64,000 nucleotides of DNA from positions 95,792,001 through 95,856,000 of the forward strand of contig NC_086097.1 of the NCBI RefSeq assembly GCF_963921235.1, given 5' to 3'. The notes beneath the pieces were generated by a model that did not search any database, was not told the DNA's origin, and was given only the letters and a program-made list of their open reading frames with translations. Positions 1 to 13,210 of this stretch are shown piece after piece (the first letter of the stretch is position 1; every line of letters starts with the position of its first letter). The stretch comes from Mobula hypostoma (lineage: Eukaryota). The translations under genes were made by a program, and so were the position numbers.

Positions 1-745
1 CATTAAAGCAAGTTAGAGAAATCAATGTTCATGCCATCAGGTTGGAGGCTACCCAGACGGAATATAAGGTGTTGTTCCTCCAACCTGAGTGTGGCTTCAT
101 CTTTACAGTAGAGGAGGCCGTGGATAGACATGTCAGAATGGGAATGGGATGTGGAATTAAAATGTATGGCCACTGGGAGATTCTGCTTTCTCTGACGGAC
201 AGAGCATAGGTGATGGCATGAATATCCAAACTGATGGCATGAATATTCCGTCTTGGTAGCCTCCAACCTGATGGCATGAACATTGATTTCTCTAACTTCC
301 AATAATGCCCCTCCTCCCCTTATCCCATCCCTTATTTATTATTTCCTCCCCCCTTTTTTCACTCATTTTTTCTCTCTCTCTGTCCTTCTCACAATCACTC
401 CTTGCCTGTTCTCCATCTTTCTCTGGGCTCCCCTCCCCCTTTCTTTCTCCCTAGGCCTCCCATCCCATGATCCTCCCCCTTCTCCAGCTCTGTATCCCTT
501 TTGCCAATCAACTTTCCAGCTCTTAGCTTCATCCCTCCCCCTCCTGTCTTCTCCTATCATTTCAGATCTCCCCCTCCCACCTTCAAATCTCTTACTATCT
601 CTTCTTTCAGTTAGTCCTGACAAAGGGTCTCGGCCCTAAACGTCAACTGTCCCTCTTCCTATAGATGCTGGCCTGCTGCGTTCCACCAGCATTTTGTATG
701 TGTTGCTTGAATTTCCAGCATCTGCAGATTTTCTCGTGTTTGCGT
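1..745 (+). mobile_element. Penelope-like element (PLE) 3' end with an inverted segment and a terminal repeat carrying a decayed hammerhead
   Basis: 1-210 (minus) encodes the GIY-YIG C-terminus ...LRLEEQHLIFRLGSLQPDGMNIDFSNLL. From 244 the same C-terminus repeats on plus, followed by a C/T-rich UTR and the terminal repeat with hammerhead remnant tagtc CTGACAA agggtctcggccc TAAA cgtc aactg at 612-649. Confidence 0.85.
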
Positions 746-2132
746 TTAACTATAGACCAGTTAGTTAACATCTGTAATTGGGAAAATTTTTGAATATATC
801 ATTAAAGAAGAAATAGCAGAAGAAATGGACCATCAGGCAGACACAGCATGGAGTCAGCAAAAGCTGGTCCTGTTTGACAAACTTACTGAAGTTCTTTGAG
901 AATATAATGGGCGCAGTGCATAGAGGGGAACAGATGGATGTTATTTACTTGGATTTCCAGAAGGCGTTCGATAAGGTGCCACATGAAAGACTTAACTGTA
1001 AGATAAGGATGCATAGATTTTGGGGTGATGTATTAGCATGGATAGAGGATTGGTTAACTAATAGAAAGCAGAGAGTTGGGAAACATGAGTGTTACCCTGG
1101 TTGGTGATCAGTGGTGAGTGGTGTGCCGCAGGGGTCGGTGCTGGGCCTGCAACAGTCCACAATATACATTAACGATCTGGAAAAGGAGACCAAGTGTAGT
1201 GTATCTAAGTTGGCTGATAATACTGAATTGAATGGAAAAGCAAATTGTGCAGAAGATACAGAGACTCTGCAGAGAGATATAGATAGGTTAAGTGAGTGGG
1301 CAAGGGTCTAGCAGATCGAGTACAATGTTGGCAAATGAGAGGTCATCCACTTTGGAAGGAAAAATGGAAGATCAGATTATTATTTAATGGTAGAAGATTG
1401 CAGCATGCTACTGTGCAGAGGGACTTGGGAGTGCTTGTGCATGAATCACGAAAGGTTGGTTTGCAGGTGCAGCAGGCTGTCAAGAAGGCAAATGGGATGC
1501 TGGCCTTCATTGCTAGAGAGATTGAATTTAACAGCAGGGAGGTAATGCTGCAACTGTACAGGTGAGGCCACACCTGGAGTACTGTGCGCAGTTCTGGTCT
1601 CCTTACTTGAGGAAGGATATACTGGCTTTGGAGGTGGTGCAGAGAAAGTTCACTAGGTTGATTCCAGAGATGAGGGGGTTAGATTATGAGGAAAAATTGA
1701 GTCGCCTGGGACTGTACTCACTGGAATTCAGAAGACTGAGAGGAGATCGTATAGAAACATATAAAATTATGAAAGGTATAGATAAGAGAGATGCAGTAAA
1801 GTTATTTCCACCAGTAGGTGAGACTAGAACTAGGGGACATAGCCTCAAGATTCGGGGGAGTAGATTTAAGACGGAGATGAGGAGGAACTGCTTTTCCCAG
1901 AGAGTGGTGAATCTGTGGAATTCTCTGCTCAATGAAGCAGTAGAGGCTATAAATATATATAAGACAAGATTGGATAAATTTTTGCCTAGAAGGGGAATTA
2001 AGGGTTATGGGGTAAAGGCAGATAGGTGGAGATGAGTCCATGGCCAGATCAGCCTTAATCTTATTGAATGGCGGAGCAGGCTTGATGGGCCAGATGGCCT
2101 ACTCCTGCTCCTATTTCTCATGTTCTTATGTT
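746..2132 (+). mobile_element. CR1 LINE ORF2 (RT) 3' fragment, degraded
   Basis: Motifs DVIYLDFQKAFDKVPH, SGVPQGSVLG, RPHLEYCAQFWSP and TRGHSLK...FSQRVVNLWNSL; 3' tail ttctcatgttcttatgttc; stops and frameshifts. Confidence 0.92.
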
Positions 2133-2448
2133 CAGTAGCCCGGATTCAATTCTCTCCTCCAGTGCTGTCCATGCAGGATGTGAAGATACTCCCTATGACC
2201 ACGTGGCTTTCTGCCCACATCCCAAAGATGTGTGGGTTGGTAGGACAAAAGGCCATAGTACAATGCCTCTACTGTATAGGCAAATGGTAGAATCTCCTCA
2301 GTAGAGTTGATAACATTAATGTAAGTTTAACATAAATGGGTGGCTGATGGTCAAAAGGTTCTGAAGGCTACAGAGCCCAAATTATAGCCATCATTGTATC
2401 AACTGGGCCTTCCAGGAAAGCTGCAACCCTGGCACTTGCTAAACCATG

Positions 2449-2731
2449 GGCGCCAGGGTAGCATAGTGGCTAGTGTGACACTATTACAGCTCGTGGTGTT
2501 TGGAGCTGGATTCCGTGGCTGTTTGTAAGGAAATGTTATGTTCTCCCTGTGACCACATGAATATCCTCCGGGTGCTCCGGTTTCCTCCCACAGTCCAAAG
2601 ACATACCGGTTAACAGGCTAATTAGTTATTGTAAATTACCCTTTTAATTAGGCTAGTGTTAAATAGATGGGTTTCCGGGCAGTGCAGCTCGTTGGGCCAG
2701 AAACACTCTGTATGTCAAAATAAATAAATAA
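2449..2731 (+). mobile_element. HE1/V-SINE-type tRNA-derived SINE
   Basis: 5' gtagcatagtgg A-box-like head, V-domain-like core ctccgggtgctccggtttcctcccacagtccaaagac and (aaat)n tail. A more degraded copy lies at about 2135-2380. Confidence 0.7.
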
Positions 2732-2847
2732 ACTACAAGTTTTTGTGGAACATTTTCCAGTTATACGTGCCAGCAAAAAGCAGAAATCACAACTGCACTC
2801 GATCAACAAAATGATGAACCTTATTACTGAAATGGCATCAAGCAGAA

Positions 2848-4765
2848 TTCAAAGTTCAAAGTAAATTTATCATCAAAGTACAGATATGACACCATATACA
2901 ACCCTGAGGTTCATTTTCTTGTGAGCATATTCAATAAATCTATAGAATAATAACCATAACAGAATCAATGAAAGACCACCCAACTAGGGTGTTCAACCAG
3001 TGTGCAAAAGACTACAAACTGTACAAATACAAAAATAAGAAATAACAATAATAAATAAGCAATGAATATTGAGAACATGAAATGAAGAGTCTTTGAAAGT
3101 GAGTTTATAGGTTGTAGAAACATTTCAGTGACGGAGCAAGTGAAGCTGAGTGAAGTTATCCCCTCTGGTTGAGGGATAATAACTGTTTCGGAACCTGGTG
3201 ATGTGAGTCCTGAGACTTCTGTACCTTCTTCCTGCTGACAGCAGTGGGAAGAGAGCATGACCTGGGTGGTGGGGGTCCCTGATGATTGATGTAGCTTTGT
3301 TGCAACAGCATTTAGTATCGATGTGCTCAATGGCGGGGAGAGCTTTACCATTGATGGACTGGGTCATTTCCACTACTTTTTGTAGGATTTTCCGTTCAAG
3401 GGCAATGGTGTCTCCATACCAGGCTGTGATGCAGCAAGTCAATATATTCTCCACCACACATCTATAGAAGTTTGTCAAAGTTTTAGATGTCATGCCAAAT
3501 CTCCACAAGCTCCTAAGGAAATAGAGGCGCTTCCATGCTTTCTCTGTAGTTACACCTACACACTGAGCCCAGGACAGGTCTCCCCAAATAATAACCCCTA
3601 GGAACTTAAAGTTGCTAACTCTCTCCACCTCTGATCCTCTGATAAGGACTAACTCATGGACCTCTTGTTTCCCTCTCCTGAAGTCTACAATCAGCTCCTT
3701 GGTCTTGCTGACATTGAGTGAGAGGTTGTCGTTGTGACACCACTCAGCCAGACTTTCAATCTCCCTCTTATATGCTGATTCATCGCCACCTTTGATTTGG
3801 CCTTCGACAGGGGTGTCATCAGCAAACTTGAATATGTCATTGGAGCTGTGCTCAGCCACACAGTCATTAGTGTAAAGCGAGTAGAGCAGGGGGCTAAGCA
3901 CACAGCCTTGTGGTGCACCTGTACTGACGGAGATGGTGGAGGAGATGTTGTTGCCAATCCAAACTGACTAGGGTCTGCAAGTGAGGTATGCATGATCCAA
4001 TTGCACAAGGAAGTACTGAGGCCAAGGTCTTGGAACTTAATGATTAGTTTTGAGGGGATGATGGTATTGAATGCTGCGCTGTTGTCAAACCTGATGTACA
4101 CAGCTTTGCTGTCCAGCTGTTCCAGGGTTGAGTGCACAGCCAATGAGGTGGCATCTGCGGTAGACCTGGTGCTCCGGTCGGAAAATTGGAGCAGATCTAA
4201 GCGGCTTCTCGGGCAGGGGTTTCATCACCAACTGCTCAAAATACTTCATCACTGTAGATGTAAGTGCTACTGGGCAATAGCCATTGAGGCAGATTACCAT
4301 GCTCTTCCCGGGCACCAGTATAATTGGATACCACACACCGTCAAAGTGAGAGGCTAAAGATCTCAGTGAACATGCCAGCCAGATGATCAGCACAGGTCTT
4401 TGGTCTTTAGTACCTGGCCAAGTGCTTATCTGGGCTGGATGTCTTTCATGGGTTCACTTCCTGAAGGCTGTTCCCACATTGGGTTCAGAGGCTGAACTCA
4501 CAGGATCATCGGGGTTGTGGGAGTTCATGATGGTCGCTCCAGGCTCTGACAGTCAAAGAGAGCGCAGGAGGCATTGAGTTCATCTGGAAGTGAAGCCCTG
4601 CTGTCTCCTATGTCGCCTGATTTAACTTTATAAGAGGGGACAGCATTCAAGCCCTGCCACAACTGCCCAGCACCCTTCCCTGATTCAAGTTTGGTCCTGA
4701 ATTGTCTCTTCACCCATGAGATGGCTTTCCGGAGGTTGTACCTGGACCTCTTATAACTTTCTTGA
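2848..4765 (-). mobile_element. Rex1/Babar-type LINE (RT), 5'-truncated
   Basis: ORFs with [55 protein letters not shown] and HPGHALFPLLSAGRRYRS. Confidence 0.9.
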
Positions 4766-5012
4766 CAGTTACCTCACCGGTGCTCAGCTTGGCTCCTGAC
4801 CTTATTTAAAATTTCACTCCAAACATGAACAACAAAAACCTAGCAGCAGTGTCTTTGGGACTAAAGCAACACCACAACAAGTGTGACATCGAGGAAGAAT
4901 AATACCACTGAGAAAAACATGGGGAATGCATCTCTTCACTAGCTTTTCAGTGGTGGGATAGGCTTTGTAGGCAACGTCATATTAAACATTTACATTATAT
5001 TAAAACGCTTAC

Positions 5013-5106
5013 TTGCATGTTTGTCGGCAAGTGCAATCAGACTGCTCGAAATGTCTCGTCTCCGGTAGAAACACACACACTTTGCTTCCACATTGCCATT
5101 AACAGT
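5013..5106 (-). CDS. MTA1: MTA-family coding exon 3, [31 protein letters not shown]
   Basis: 94-nt exon with acceptor ctaattctcttcactctctttcacctttttag (branch-like CTAAT) and donor GCAA|gtaagc. It matches [43 protein letters not shown] is most MTA1-like. Not in the ORF track. Confidence 0.95.
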
Positions 5107-5272
5107 CTAAAAAGGTGAAAGAGAGTGAAGAGAATTAGATCATGTAAGTGCATTGCAGAAAGTTAAAATATTTCACAACACATGCCAGTAATAATACACC
5201 TGATTCCGATTCTGATTCTGAAATAGTGAACAAAAAGGCTCCGCGGACAAGCAACTTGTAGAAACGCTACAA

Positions 5273-7573
5273 CAGTAGTTCACAAACTTTCTTGGGTTAC
5301 CACCTCTTTTGCTCCCAGTCCACATTCCCCAATGCACCCCTCTCCCTTTCTGGCCATTATAAAAACTACAAAGAATCTTGATTCACAATGCACAGTAAAA
5401 TAAAATAGGAACTGGAAATTCAGGACAGTGACAAATAGTTGCAAAAATTGTTCAAATCTATTTAAAGCTAAAGTAAAATTATTTCTTTATTTAATTACTT
5501 TAGAAACAATATTCATCAACAATTTTAGAGCGTACATTAGTAGTGCAACTATTCACTATGTCATTGCGTTTTGAGCTTTCAGAGATACGGCTGGGCTTGG
5601 TGCAGTGATATCAGCTTCTCAACATCAGACTGAATGTCACTTAGAAGGAGTTTCAGATCCCCACATTCAGCAGTTTTCAGTCTGTTTCATTGCTTTGAAA
5701 GAAGTTGGGTGACTGCATTGAAACCACACTCCACTAAATATGATATTGGAAAGCAGTAAAGAAAATTTTGACCTTTTTCCACAGTGCAGGATAGCATTCA
5801 GAGATTTCTTTCTGCAACCAAAAGTCTGAATATGATTCTCTGAGGCTCGGCTTCAGCTCAGTCATTTTGTAGCAAGATCAGTTCCTCCTCCATCCTTCCT
5901 GTTAATTCCTCATTACAAGTATTACAAGCAGCCCAGAGCATATTGAGGCGACTGATCCTAATGTTTGTACGTTTTAATTCTACTCCTCAGCTTTTTAAAA
6001 ACTTTTTCTCACGACAGAATCATTGGCTGCTATTGGTTGCTTGGTTCTGGTGTAAGTCCATATTTCAGATGCTCCACACTATATAGGGCCCTGGTAGAAG
6101 ACTTTGTGAAATGGTGCAAGCTGAATCATCTGCAGCTCAACGTCAGTAAGACACAGGAGATGGTGATGGGCTTTCGGAAGACTAACCCTACCCTGCTTTC
6201 TGTTACTATTGATGGTGAGGATGTGGATGTGGTGAGCACCCACCAGTACCTAGGGTTGCACCTGGATGGCAGACTTGAGTGGAGCACCAACACGGAGGCT
6301 GTTTTCATAAAGGGGAAGAGTCACCTCTACTTCCTGAGGAGACTGAGGTCCTTGGAGTCTACAGGCCTCTCCTTCACATGTCCTACCAGTACATTATCGC
6401 CAGTATAATCTTCTATGCGATGGTGTGCTGGGCCAATGGCATAACACAGGTTATATCTAACCAATATACTGATTAGAAAGGCTCTGGTTCAGTTACAGGA
6501 GTGAGACTGGACACACTGGAGGCTGTGGTAGAACAAAGGACCCTACAGAATATCCTAGCAATTCTGGACAATGTCTCTCACCCTCCGAATGCCACCTCGG
6601 CTGAACAGAGGAGCACTTTTAGTAATGGACTAAGACAACTGGGCTACTGCAAAAAGCGCTATATGAAGTCATCCTTACCCTTGGCCATTAAGCTCTATAA
6701 TGAGTCAACCTGTAGCCAGAGCAATGATAACCCCTTCCTGTTAAGCTCTTTGAGGTAACTTTTTTTTTATTCTTTCTTGCTTCTCTTCTATTATTTGTAT
6801 ATTTGTATTTCTGTGCACTTGTAATGCTACTGTGACACTGTAATTTCCTTTGGGATCAATAAAGTAGCTATCTATCTATACTCTCTACACTTCTCCTTTT
6901 GGTCTGCTTCTGCCATTTTCGTTATGGATTAACGAGCACAGTCAATGCCTACTGTTTAAGTGCAACCTCAAGTGCTGCGACTAATAAAGGGAAAAGTTAT
7001 GACGTTATCAGAGCTCAGGCAAAATTTGACTCACTGCCTGAAGGTACATAAAGTGGGGTAGTGATACTTGCTAGAGAAATGTGGTCAAGACCATTCTAAA
7101 GGGAAGATTCTGAACTTTACCCCACTGAACCTCATGCCCTAGTTCACAGAAATTGTATCACTGCGTGATTAGAGTTTGGGAATCGTATTAGCTAACACTG
7201 TGCTGCAGTAGAGAACAGCGATAATGCGTGGGCTGGGCCAGGAAATAACACGATCTCTTCAGTTCAGATTTCTCACGATATGCCAAATACAGAAGTGTCA
7301 CATTGCTTTTCAACAACTATAATGCGCTTTAATCAAAGTCTAAAGATCAGTGGTTAGCAAGAGATGAGGTGATTACATGATCATTATAAACGATCATAAG
7401 ACACCGAGGATCAAATGCTTATAAATAAGTAATTTGTTTTTTAATTAAGCCTCATCCCTCAGCCACCCCCTTCCTACCATGTGCCCTCCACTGCCTGCCC
7501 CCTTTATCTTTATCACCCCACCATTAGAAATTCCAACCACCCTCAGGGTATATCATCTACTTTGGGAACCATG
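5273..7573 (-). mobile_element. Internally deleted hAT (Charlie/Buster-type) DNA transposon interrupted by a LINE
   Basis: Ends are cagtagttcacaaactt and actttgggaaccatg (Charlie-like TIRs) with a degenerate 8-bp TSD (cgctacaa / ttccacaa). The minus strand has ATG at 6916 (MAEADQKEKCREY|SVEHLKYG) and the hAT C-terminus FWLQKEISECYPALWKKVKIFFTAF..SYLVECGFNAVTQLLSK...HQAQPYL* ending at 5579. Confidence 0.8.
6084..6880 (+). mobile_element. Rex1-type LINE 3' fragment nested in the hAT transposase
   Basis: YRALVEDFVKWCKLNHLQLNVSKTQEMVMGFRK...YLGLHLD; AATAAA followed by a (tatc)n tail. Confidence 0.85.
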
Positions 7574-8421
7574 TTCCACAATGTGGAACAGATTGAGCCA
7601 GCTCCTCTGAAATGGCACTTGTCTGCCACTACCTGCTAAATTACCACATTCATGGCCACCTCGCCTCACCTGCTGCCTACTCACCCTCCTGTCCATGCCT
7701 GGGGCTCAGCTACATAAAAACCAAACAACTTTGCTGTCCACTACATGTTTTGGTTCAGCCCTATTCTCCTTTCCATTCCTGCCTTTCCTATCCACCCTGC
7801 TTACCTCTCCCCCACACCTTACCCCTAACCTTCCTCGAAGAAATAAATCACCTCCCATCACCATCAAAGTCCTGAAAATCTCTTCCCAACAGCATCAGAG
7901 GAATACTCGTGGCAGCTCACCACGACCTTCTCAAGAGCAAACAGAGATAGGTACTTAAAAGTTGGCCCCAGTCTACAAAGTCCACAAACATTGAATGAAT
8001 AATAAAAAAGTCACTGCACTGCCTTTTTTCCAGACATTACCTTGACTCATGTCTCTAATCACTTGAAACTATTCATAAGCAAATCTCCCAAGTTTCCCGC
8101 TCTACTGCAATCATCTCCCACCGCGGTTTTTAATGAGTGGTTCTACAACCCCCAACCCCACTTCCCGTTACATAACAGACATCTTGGTACCTTCACGTCT
8201 GAACATCTCTCTTTCATTGCTGCCCCTGTCTCTAGCTGTTTCTACTGCTTGCCACAACCATGTGTTTTCTACAAAGTGTGCTTCACCTTGTCCCTCAAAA
8301 AACACTCTCCCTCCTGAGTAACACTACCTAATTACATATCATTTCAGCAAATGCATTCCTCATGGTCGGGGGTGGCTGAAAGTCATGGACGGCCAAAGGC
8401 TTTTCCATGTTCTTTATAGGC

Positions 8422-8626
8422 TGTTATATTTTGCAACACCAAGACATAAAACTAATCTGAAGAAAAACACGGAGCTGGGAATACTTCATTCTTTACTTTT
8501 AGCATGGCACACAAATACAATGTGGTGACGTGATGACGTATGCCATTCACATACTTTTACATATAACCTGCAATGAATTAATCAAACATATATTTACAAT
8601 ATTACTGAAATGTTAAATACACAACA
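8422..8626. mobile_element. Putative solo LTR (205 bp)
   Basis: TG...CA termini with imperfect inverted ends (tgttatattt / aaatacacaaca) and a 5-bp TSD taggc / gaggc (1 mismatch). Confidence 0.55.
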
Positions 8627-8859
8627 GAGGCCTCACCAGAAACTTGGTTCATGGAGCTACTCTTTTGTTTCCTTGAGATACCTTGAAGGCTACAGAACCT
8701 AATGTGGGTAAATGGAATTAGCATAGATGGGGTGGGCTTAAAGGTTTGCTTCTGTGCTGTGTGGCTCTGTAAAGCTCACATCTTCCCCAAGTCTACACTT
8801 GTCTCAAGAGTAGACTCGGTTCCATTAAACTATTTGATAACTGAGATTGCTAGAACTGG

Positions 8860-10730
8860 AATTGATTTATTTTTGTCAAATATACCAAGATACAGTGAAA
8901 AGCTCATCGTCCATACTGATCAGGTCATTACACAGTGCACCGAGGTAGAACAAGGTAAAACAATAACAATGCAGAATAAAGTGTAACAGCTACAATGCAA
9001 GGAGCCAACTAGCTGGAATATCATAACGAGGTAAATTGTGCGTACAAGAGCCTGCCTTATCATACCAGGGAACGATTCAATAGTCTTGTAACAGCGGGGT
9101 AGAAGGTGTCCTTCAGCCTGGTGGGGCGTGCTTTCAAGCTTTTGGATCTTCTTCCCAGTGGGAGAAGGGAAATGAGAGAATGCCTGTGTGGGTGGGGTCT
9201 TGGATTATGCTGGCTGCTTTACTGAGACAGCAACAAGTACAGACAGAGTCTGCGGAAGGGAGGCTGGCTTTCGTGATCTATCTTGGGCCCAACATATTGA
9301 TGCAATTACAAAGAAGGCACATCAGTTGCTATGTTTCACTAGGCGTTTGAGGAGGTCTGGCATGTCACCAATGATGATGTACCATTCTAACTGGTTGAAT
9401 CACTGAGTAATATGGAAGGGCCCTGCACAGGATCAGAAAAAGCTGCAGAGGGTTGTAAGCTCAGCTAGTCCATCAGGGGCACTGGCCTGCCCAGCATTTT
9501 CAAAAGCTGATGCCTCAAAAAGCCCGCATCCATCACCCAGGACATGCTCTCTTCTTATTACTGCAATCAGTGAGGAGGTACTGGAGCCTGAAGACACACA
9601 CTTAACACTTTAGGAACAGCTTCTTCCCCTCCACCATCAGGTTTGAATGGATAAGGAACCAACCCATTAACACAAACCTACTTTTGCTCTTTTTTTGTAC
9701 TACTCACTTAATTTTTTTTAAGATATATTTCTTATTGTAACTTATAGTTTTTTAATGTATTGCAGTGTATTACTACTACAAAACAAGAAATTTCACAACA
9801 CGTCAGTGATATTAAACCTGATCTGATTTTGATTCTGATGTGCTGAGCTGTGTCCACAACTGACTGCAGTTTTTTGTGTCCACGGGCAGAGCAGTTGCCA
9901 TACCAAGCCGTGATGCATCGATAAAAATCAGGAAGGGTTGGTGGGGACATGCCAAATTGCTTTGGCCTCCTGAGGAAGTTCAGAGGTTTCAAAGGTACAT
10001 TTATTGTTCGAGAAATGTACACAATATACATCCTGAAATTCTTTTTCTTCGCAAACATCCGCGGAAACAGAGGAGTGCCCCAAAGAATGAATGACAGTTA
10101 AATGTTAGAACCCCAAAGCCCCCCACCAGCTCCCCCGACACACGTAGGCAGCAGCAAAGCAACGATCCCGTTCCTCCACCAGTAAAGCAAAAGCATCGGT
10201 GCCCTCCACCGTGCACTCAAGCGTGTAGCAAAGCATCAGTAAAGACACAGACATGCAGCACCCCAAAGACTACTCGTTCACCCAGTAATTCAACATACCA
10301 CAGGCTCCCTCTCTCCCTAATAACGGAAAAAGAGGTGTCCCCCGAGAGGGGAGACTTAACAAAACAACTCGCCGATTTACGATGTTAAAAGCTTTCGTGG
10401 TCCTGGGAAATAGGTGGTTGGATCAGGCCAGGTTTTTGGTAATGCTTGCTCCTACGAGTGCACATGCTCTGTCCTTCCTCAATGGCACTCAGCTCTTTCA
10501 ACCTCAGCGCCACTGCTAAGTACTAAAACATGTGAACTGCCTACTTCCTGAAGTCAATAACCAGCCCTTTTGTTTTCCTGACATTAAGTTGTTGTCATGA
10601 CACCATGTGACAAAGCTCTCTATCTCCTTCCTCTACACCGACTCATTGTTATTTGAGAAGCAGCCCAGTACAGTGGTATCTAAGACAATCTTGTGGATGG
10701 AGTTAGAGTGGAACCTGACCACACAGTCTG
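8860..10730. mobile_element. Cluster of Rex1-type LINE fragments in both orientations
   Basis: LSWAQHIDAITKKAHQLLCFTRRLRR on plus (about 9275-9840, with an (tctgat)n tail). Minus-strand pieces at 8860-9275, 9840-9975 and 10395-10730 (YRCITAWYGNCSA). Confidence 0.75.
9976..10392 (-). mobile_element. 3' part of a non-autonomous LINE-derived repeat (same family as 24510-25690)
   Basis: Its reverse complement aligns by eye with 24955-25690 once the SINE there is removed. Confidence 0.7.
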
Positions 10731-11282
10731 GCCTGATGATTGCACCCTTCACCTTTTACACTATTACATACTTTACAAGGAGACCAAAATTGAAAACTTA
10801 TTTGGAAATTCAAAACTATTCCACTGTTTTTCCCATAATGACCATTTCTGGAAAGATCAGAGAGAGGTACACAGCATGCAAACAGGCCTTGAGCTCACTG
10901 AGTCTATGCCAGCCATCTACAATTAATCCTATTTTATTCTCCCCACGTTCATCTACCCCCCCCCCAGGATTCTAGCACTCACCCACACAAAAAGGGCAAT
11001 CTACAGTGGCAAATTATACCACTAACTGGCCATTAGATGCTGTGAGTCATCCTTGAGACTGTGTAACTTCCTGTTTAGATGACTTGCCGGCCACTGTGAT
11101 GGGGCGGGCGGGGGGGGGGGGCAAGTGCCATCTTTTCGCACAATGCCAAGCAGTTTTAACTGGTATCTCCATATTCTGGACCTTTCAGTCCCAATATTCA
11201 GCTGTGCCCAACCCCGTTCCCCCCCACCAGACCAGCAGCTGAATGCACAACCGGTCTTCTAAACCTATTCACAGCCAACATA

Positions 11283-11404
11283 AACATGAGGAAATCTGCA
11301 GATGCTGGAATTTCACAAAGGGTCTCAGCCCGAAACATCGACTGTACCTCTTCCTAGAGATGCTGTCTGGCCTGCTGCGTTCACCAGCAACTTTTATGTG
11401 TGTT
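11283..11404. mobile_element. Short PLE terminal-repeat insertion with a 12-bp TSD
   Basis: Flanked by acagccaacata at 11271-11282 and 11405-11416. Contains an inverted terminal-repeat end and the partial hammerhead aagggtctcagcccgaaacatcgactg. Confidence 0.8.
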
Positions 11405-12902
11405 ACAGCCAACATAGAAGTGAATCTTCCTATCCAACCTCTCATGTGATCTCACCCAATGTCCACATTGGCAGTTCTGAAGTTCCTCCTGCCCCTGGCA
11501 GCAGAATGCCAGATAGTCATAGTTGTTGCGTGAACGAAGTCACCAGAGAAAATTACTGGTAGGTACACAGCAGCTTCTTTGTTTGACAAAACAAGGTACA
11601 GCAGGCATCATATAGAGACGCCTTCGTGGGAAAGGTCTCACTGGACAAACATGGGGCTCGATATTTTATGTGCCAAACATCAAAGGACAACTCCATATTT
11701 ACAACGTATGGACAATGCTTTCTTTGAAACTACATACAACCTTCACACCTCCTGTTTCACATCCACACCATAGACATCCAAATGAAATTCAGTCAGCATT
11801 ATCCGGACTGGGATTCACAGCTTTTAGGAACCCATTGCTCAGAGATGCACTTCAAATTAAATGCACAATACATTTTCAGATGTGAAGACTGGTAGCCAAA
11901 GACAATTGTTGAATGTATGTGTCCTAAACCCAAAAATCACTCTAACAGTCATCTGAATACACAGCCCCTTCTGCTTGCTTTCTCTCCTCCCCCCACCAAA
12001 CACACATGCCATCTAATTTTCTTCCCCCACCCCAAAAGAGTCTCTAATGCAAGGCCCCGACTACTCACTGACCAGACCAATTGGGCATCTGGCCAACTTC
12101 AGAGTCTGGTCTTGTCAGAGAAGGAGCGAGTGGCACATTGAGAGTCAAAAACGCACAATGAATATTCCCGTGACCAAGGCCTCTGAATACTGAAGCAGTA
12201 TGACAACAAGAAAAGGAATTTCTGTGTAATTCTCCCAAGTGTGGCCCGCAATCTTGTAAAGGATAAAATAAATCAACACATCTTAAAACCAACTTTGTGT
12301 GAAATGTACCTCTATTCCCTTTGCACTCATTTAATAGCTTCACAGGTAGAAGTACACATTCAATCACAAAAATCTCTTTTTTTCCTTTACCTTTTTTGTG
12401 CTTTTTCCCCCAAAAGGGTGTGGAAATACTGGGCACTTTGCCCTCACACCCATCTCTGAGTTAAACAACATTTCTCAGGCATGCATCCAAACTTCCAACA
12501 CACTGATATCTCCCAAAACCAAATGAGTATTTCTGAGAGCCCTAACTTTCTCAGCATTTCAGGCTGTCTGTTCAAATATCTACACCCAAACCTTTAATGA
12601 AGGACAACTAAACAGGGGTGGTCAAATATTTGCCTGACTTCAAAAAGCAACAAAAAAAAAGCAATCACATTGAAAAAAAGTCTCTTTTTCTATGAAAACA
12701 TAGTATCCTCCAAACGGCCTCCCAATGTGCTGGCACCGGAGAGGGTCTGGAGGAAGTTTAGGAGAATGATCCCTGGAATAGAGGTGATAAAGTGTGAGCA
12801 GCCATGATGGAATGGTGGAGCAGACTCAATGGGCTGAATGGCCTAATTCTGCTCCTATGCCTTATGGGCTTAACTTGCCTTTCCCAACAGTACAGTGAAA
12901 TC

Positions 12903-13210
12903 ACTGGGGTGGCATAGTGGCGCACCAGTAGAGTTGCTGTCTCACGGTAGTAGACAGCCAGGTTAAGTCCTGATCCCAGGTGACCTCATAGTGGAGTTTG
13001 CAGATTCTTCCTGCAACCATGAGGGTCTCCTCCTGGTTCTCTGGTTTCTTCCCACATCCCAGAGGCACGCAGATTGGTAAATTAATTGGTGACTGTATAT
13101 TGTGTCCGAATGACAGAATTTGGGACAGTTGATGAGAATGTGGGAGAATAAAAAAAGGATTCACTAGGGTGAATGTAAATGCGGAGCTGGTGGTGAAAAG
13201 GCTTGTATCT
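12903..13210 (+). mobile_element. V-SINE/HE1-type SINE
   Basis: ggggtggcatagtggcg head and gtggagtttgcagattcttcc...tggtttcttcccacatcccaga core. Confidence 0.65.

Noticed and set aside
4772..4800. Possible MTA micro-exon (cag GAGCCAAGCTGAGCACCG gtgagg, minus strand)
   Set aside because: There is no polypyrimidine tract and no similarity to known MTA exon 4, and it abuts a LINE boundary.
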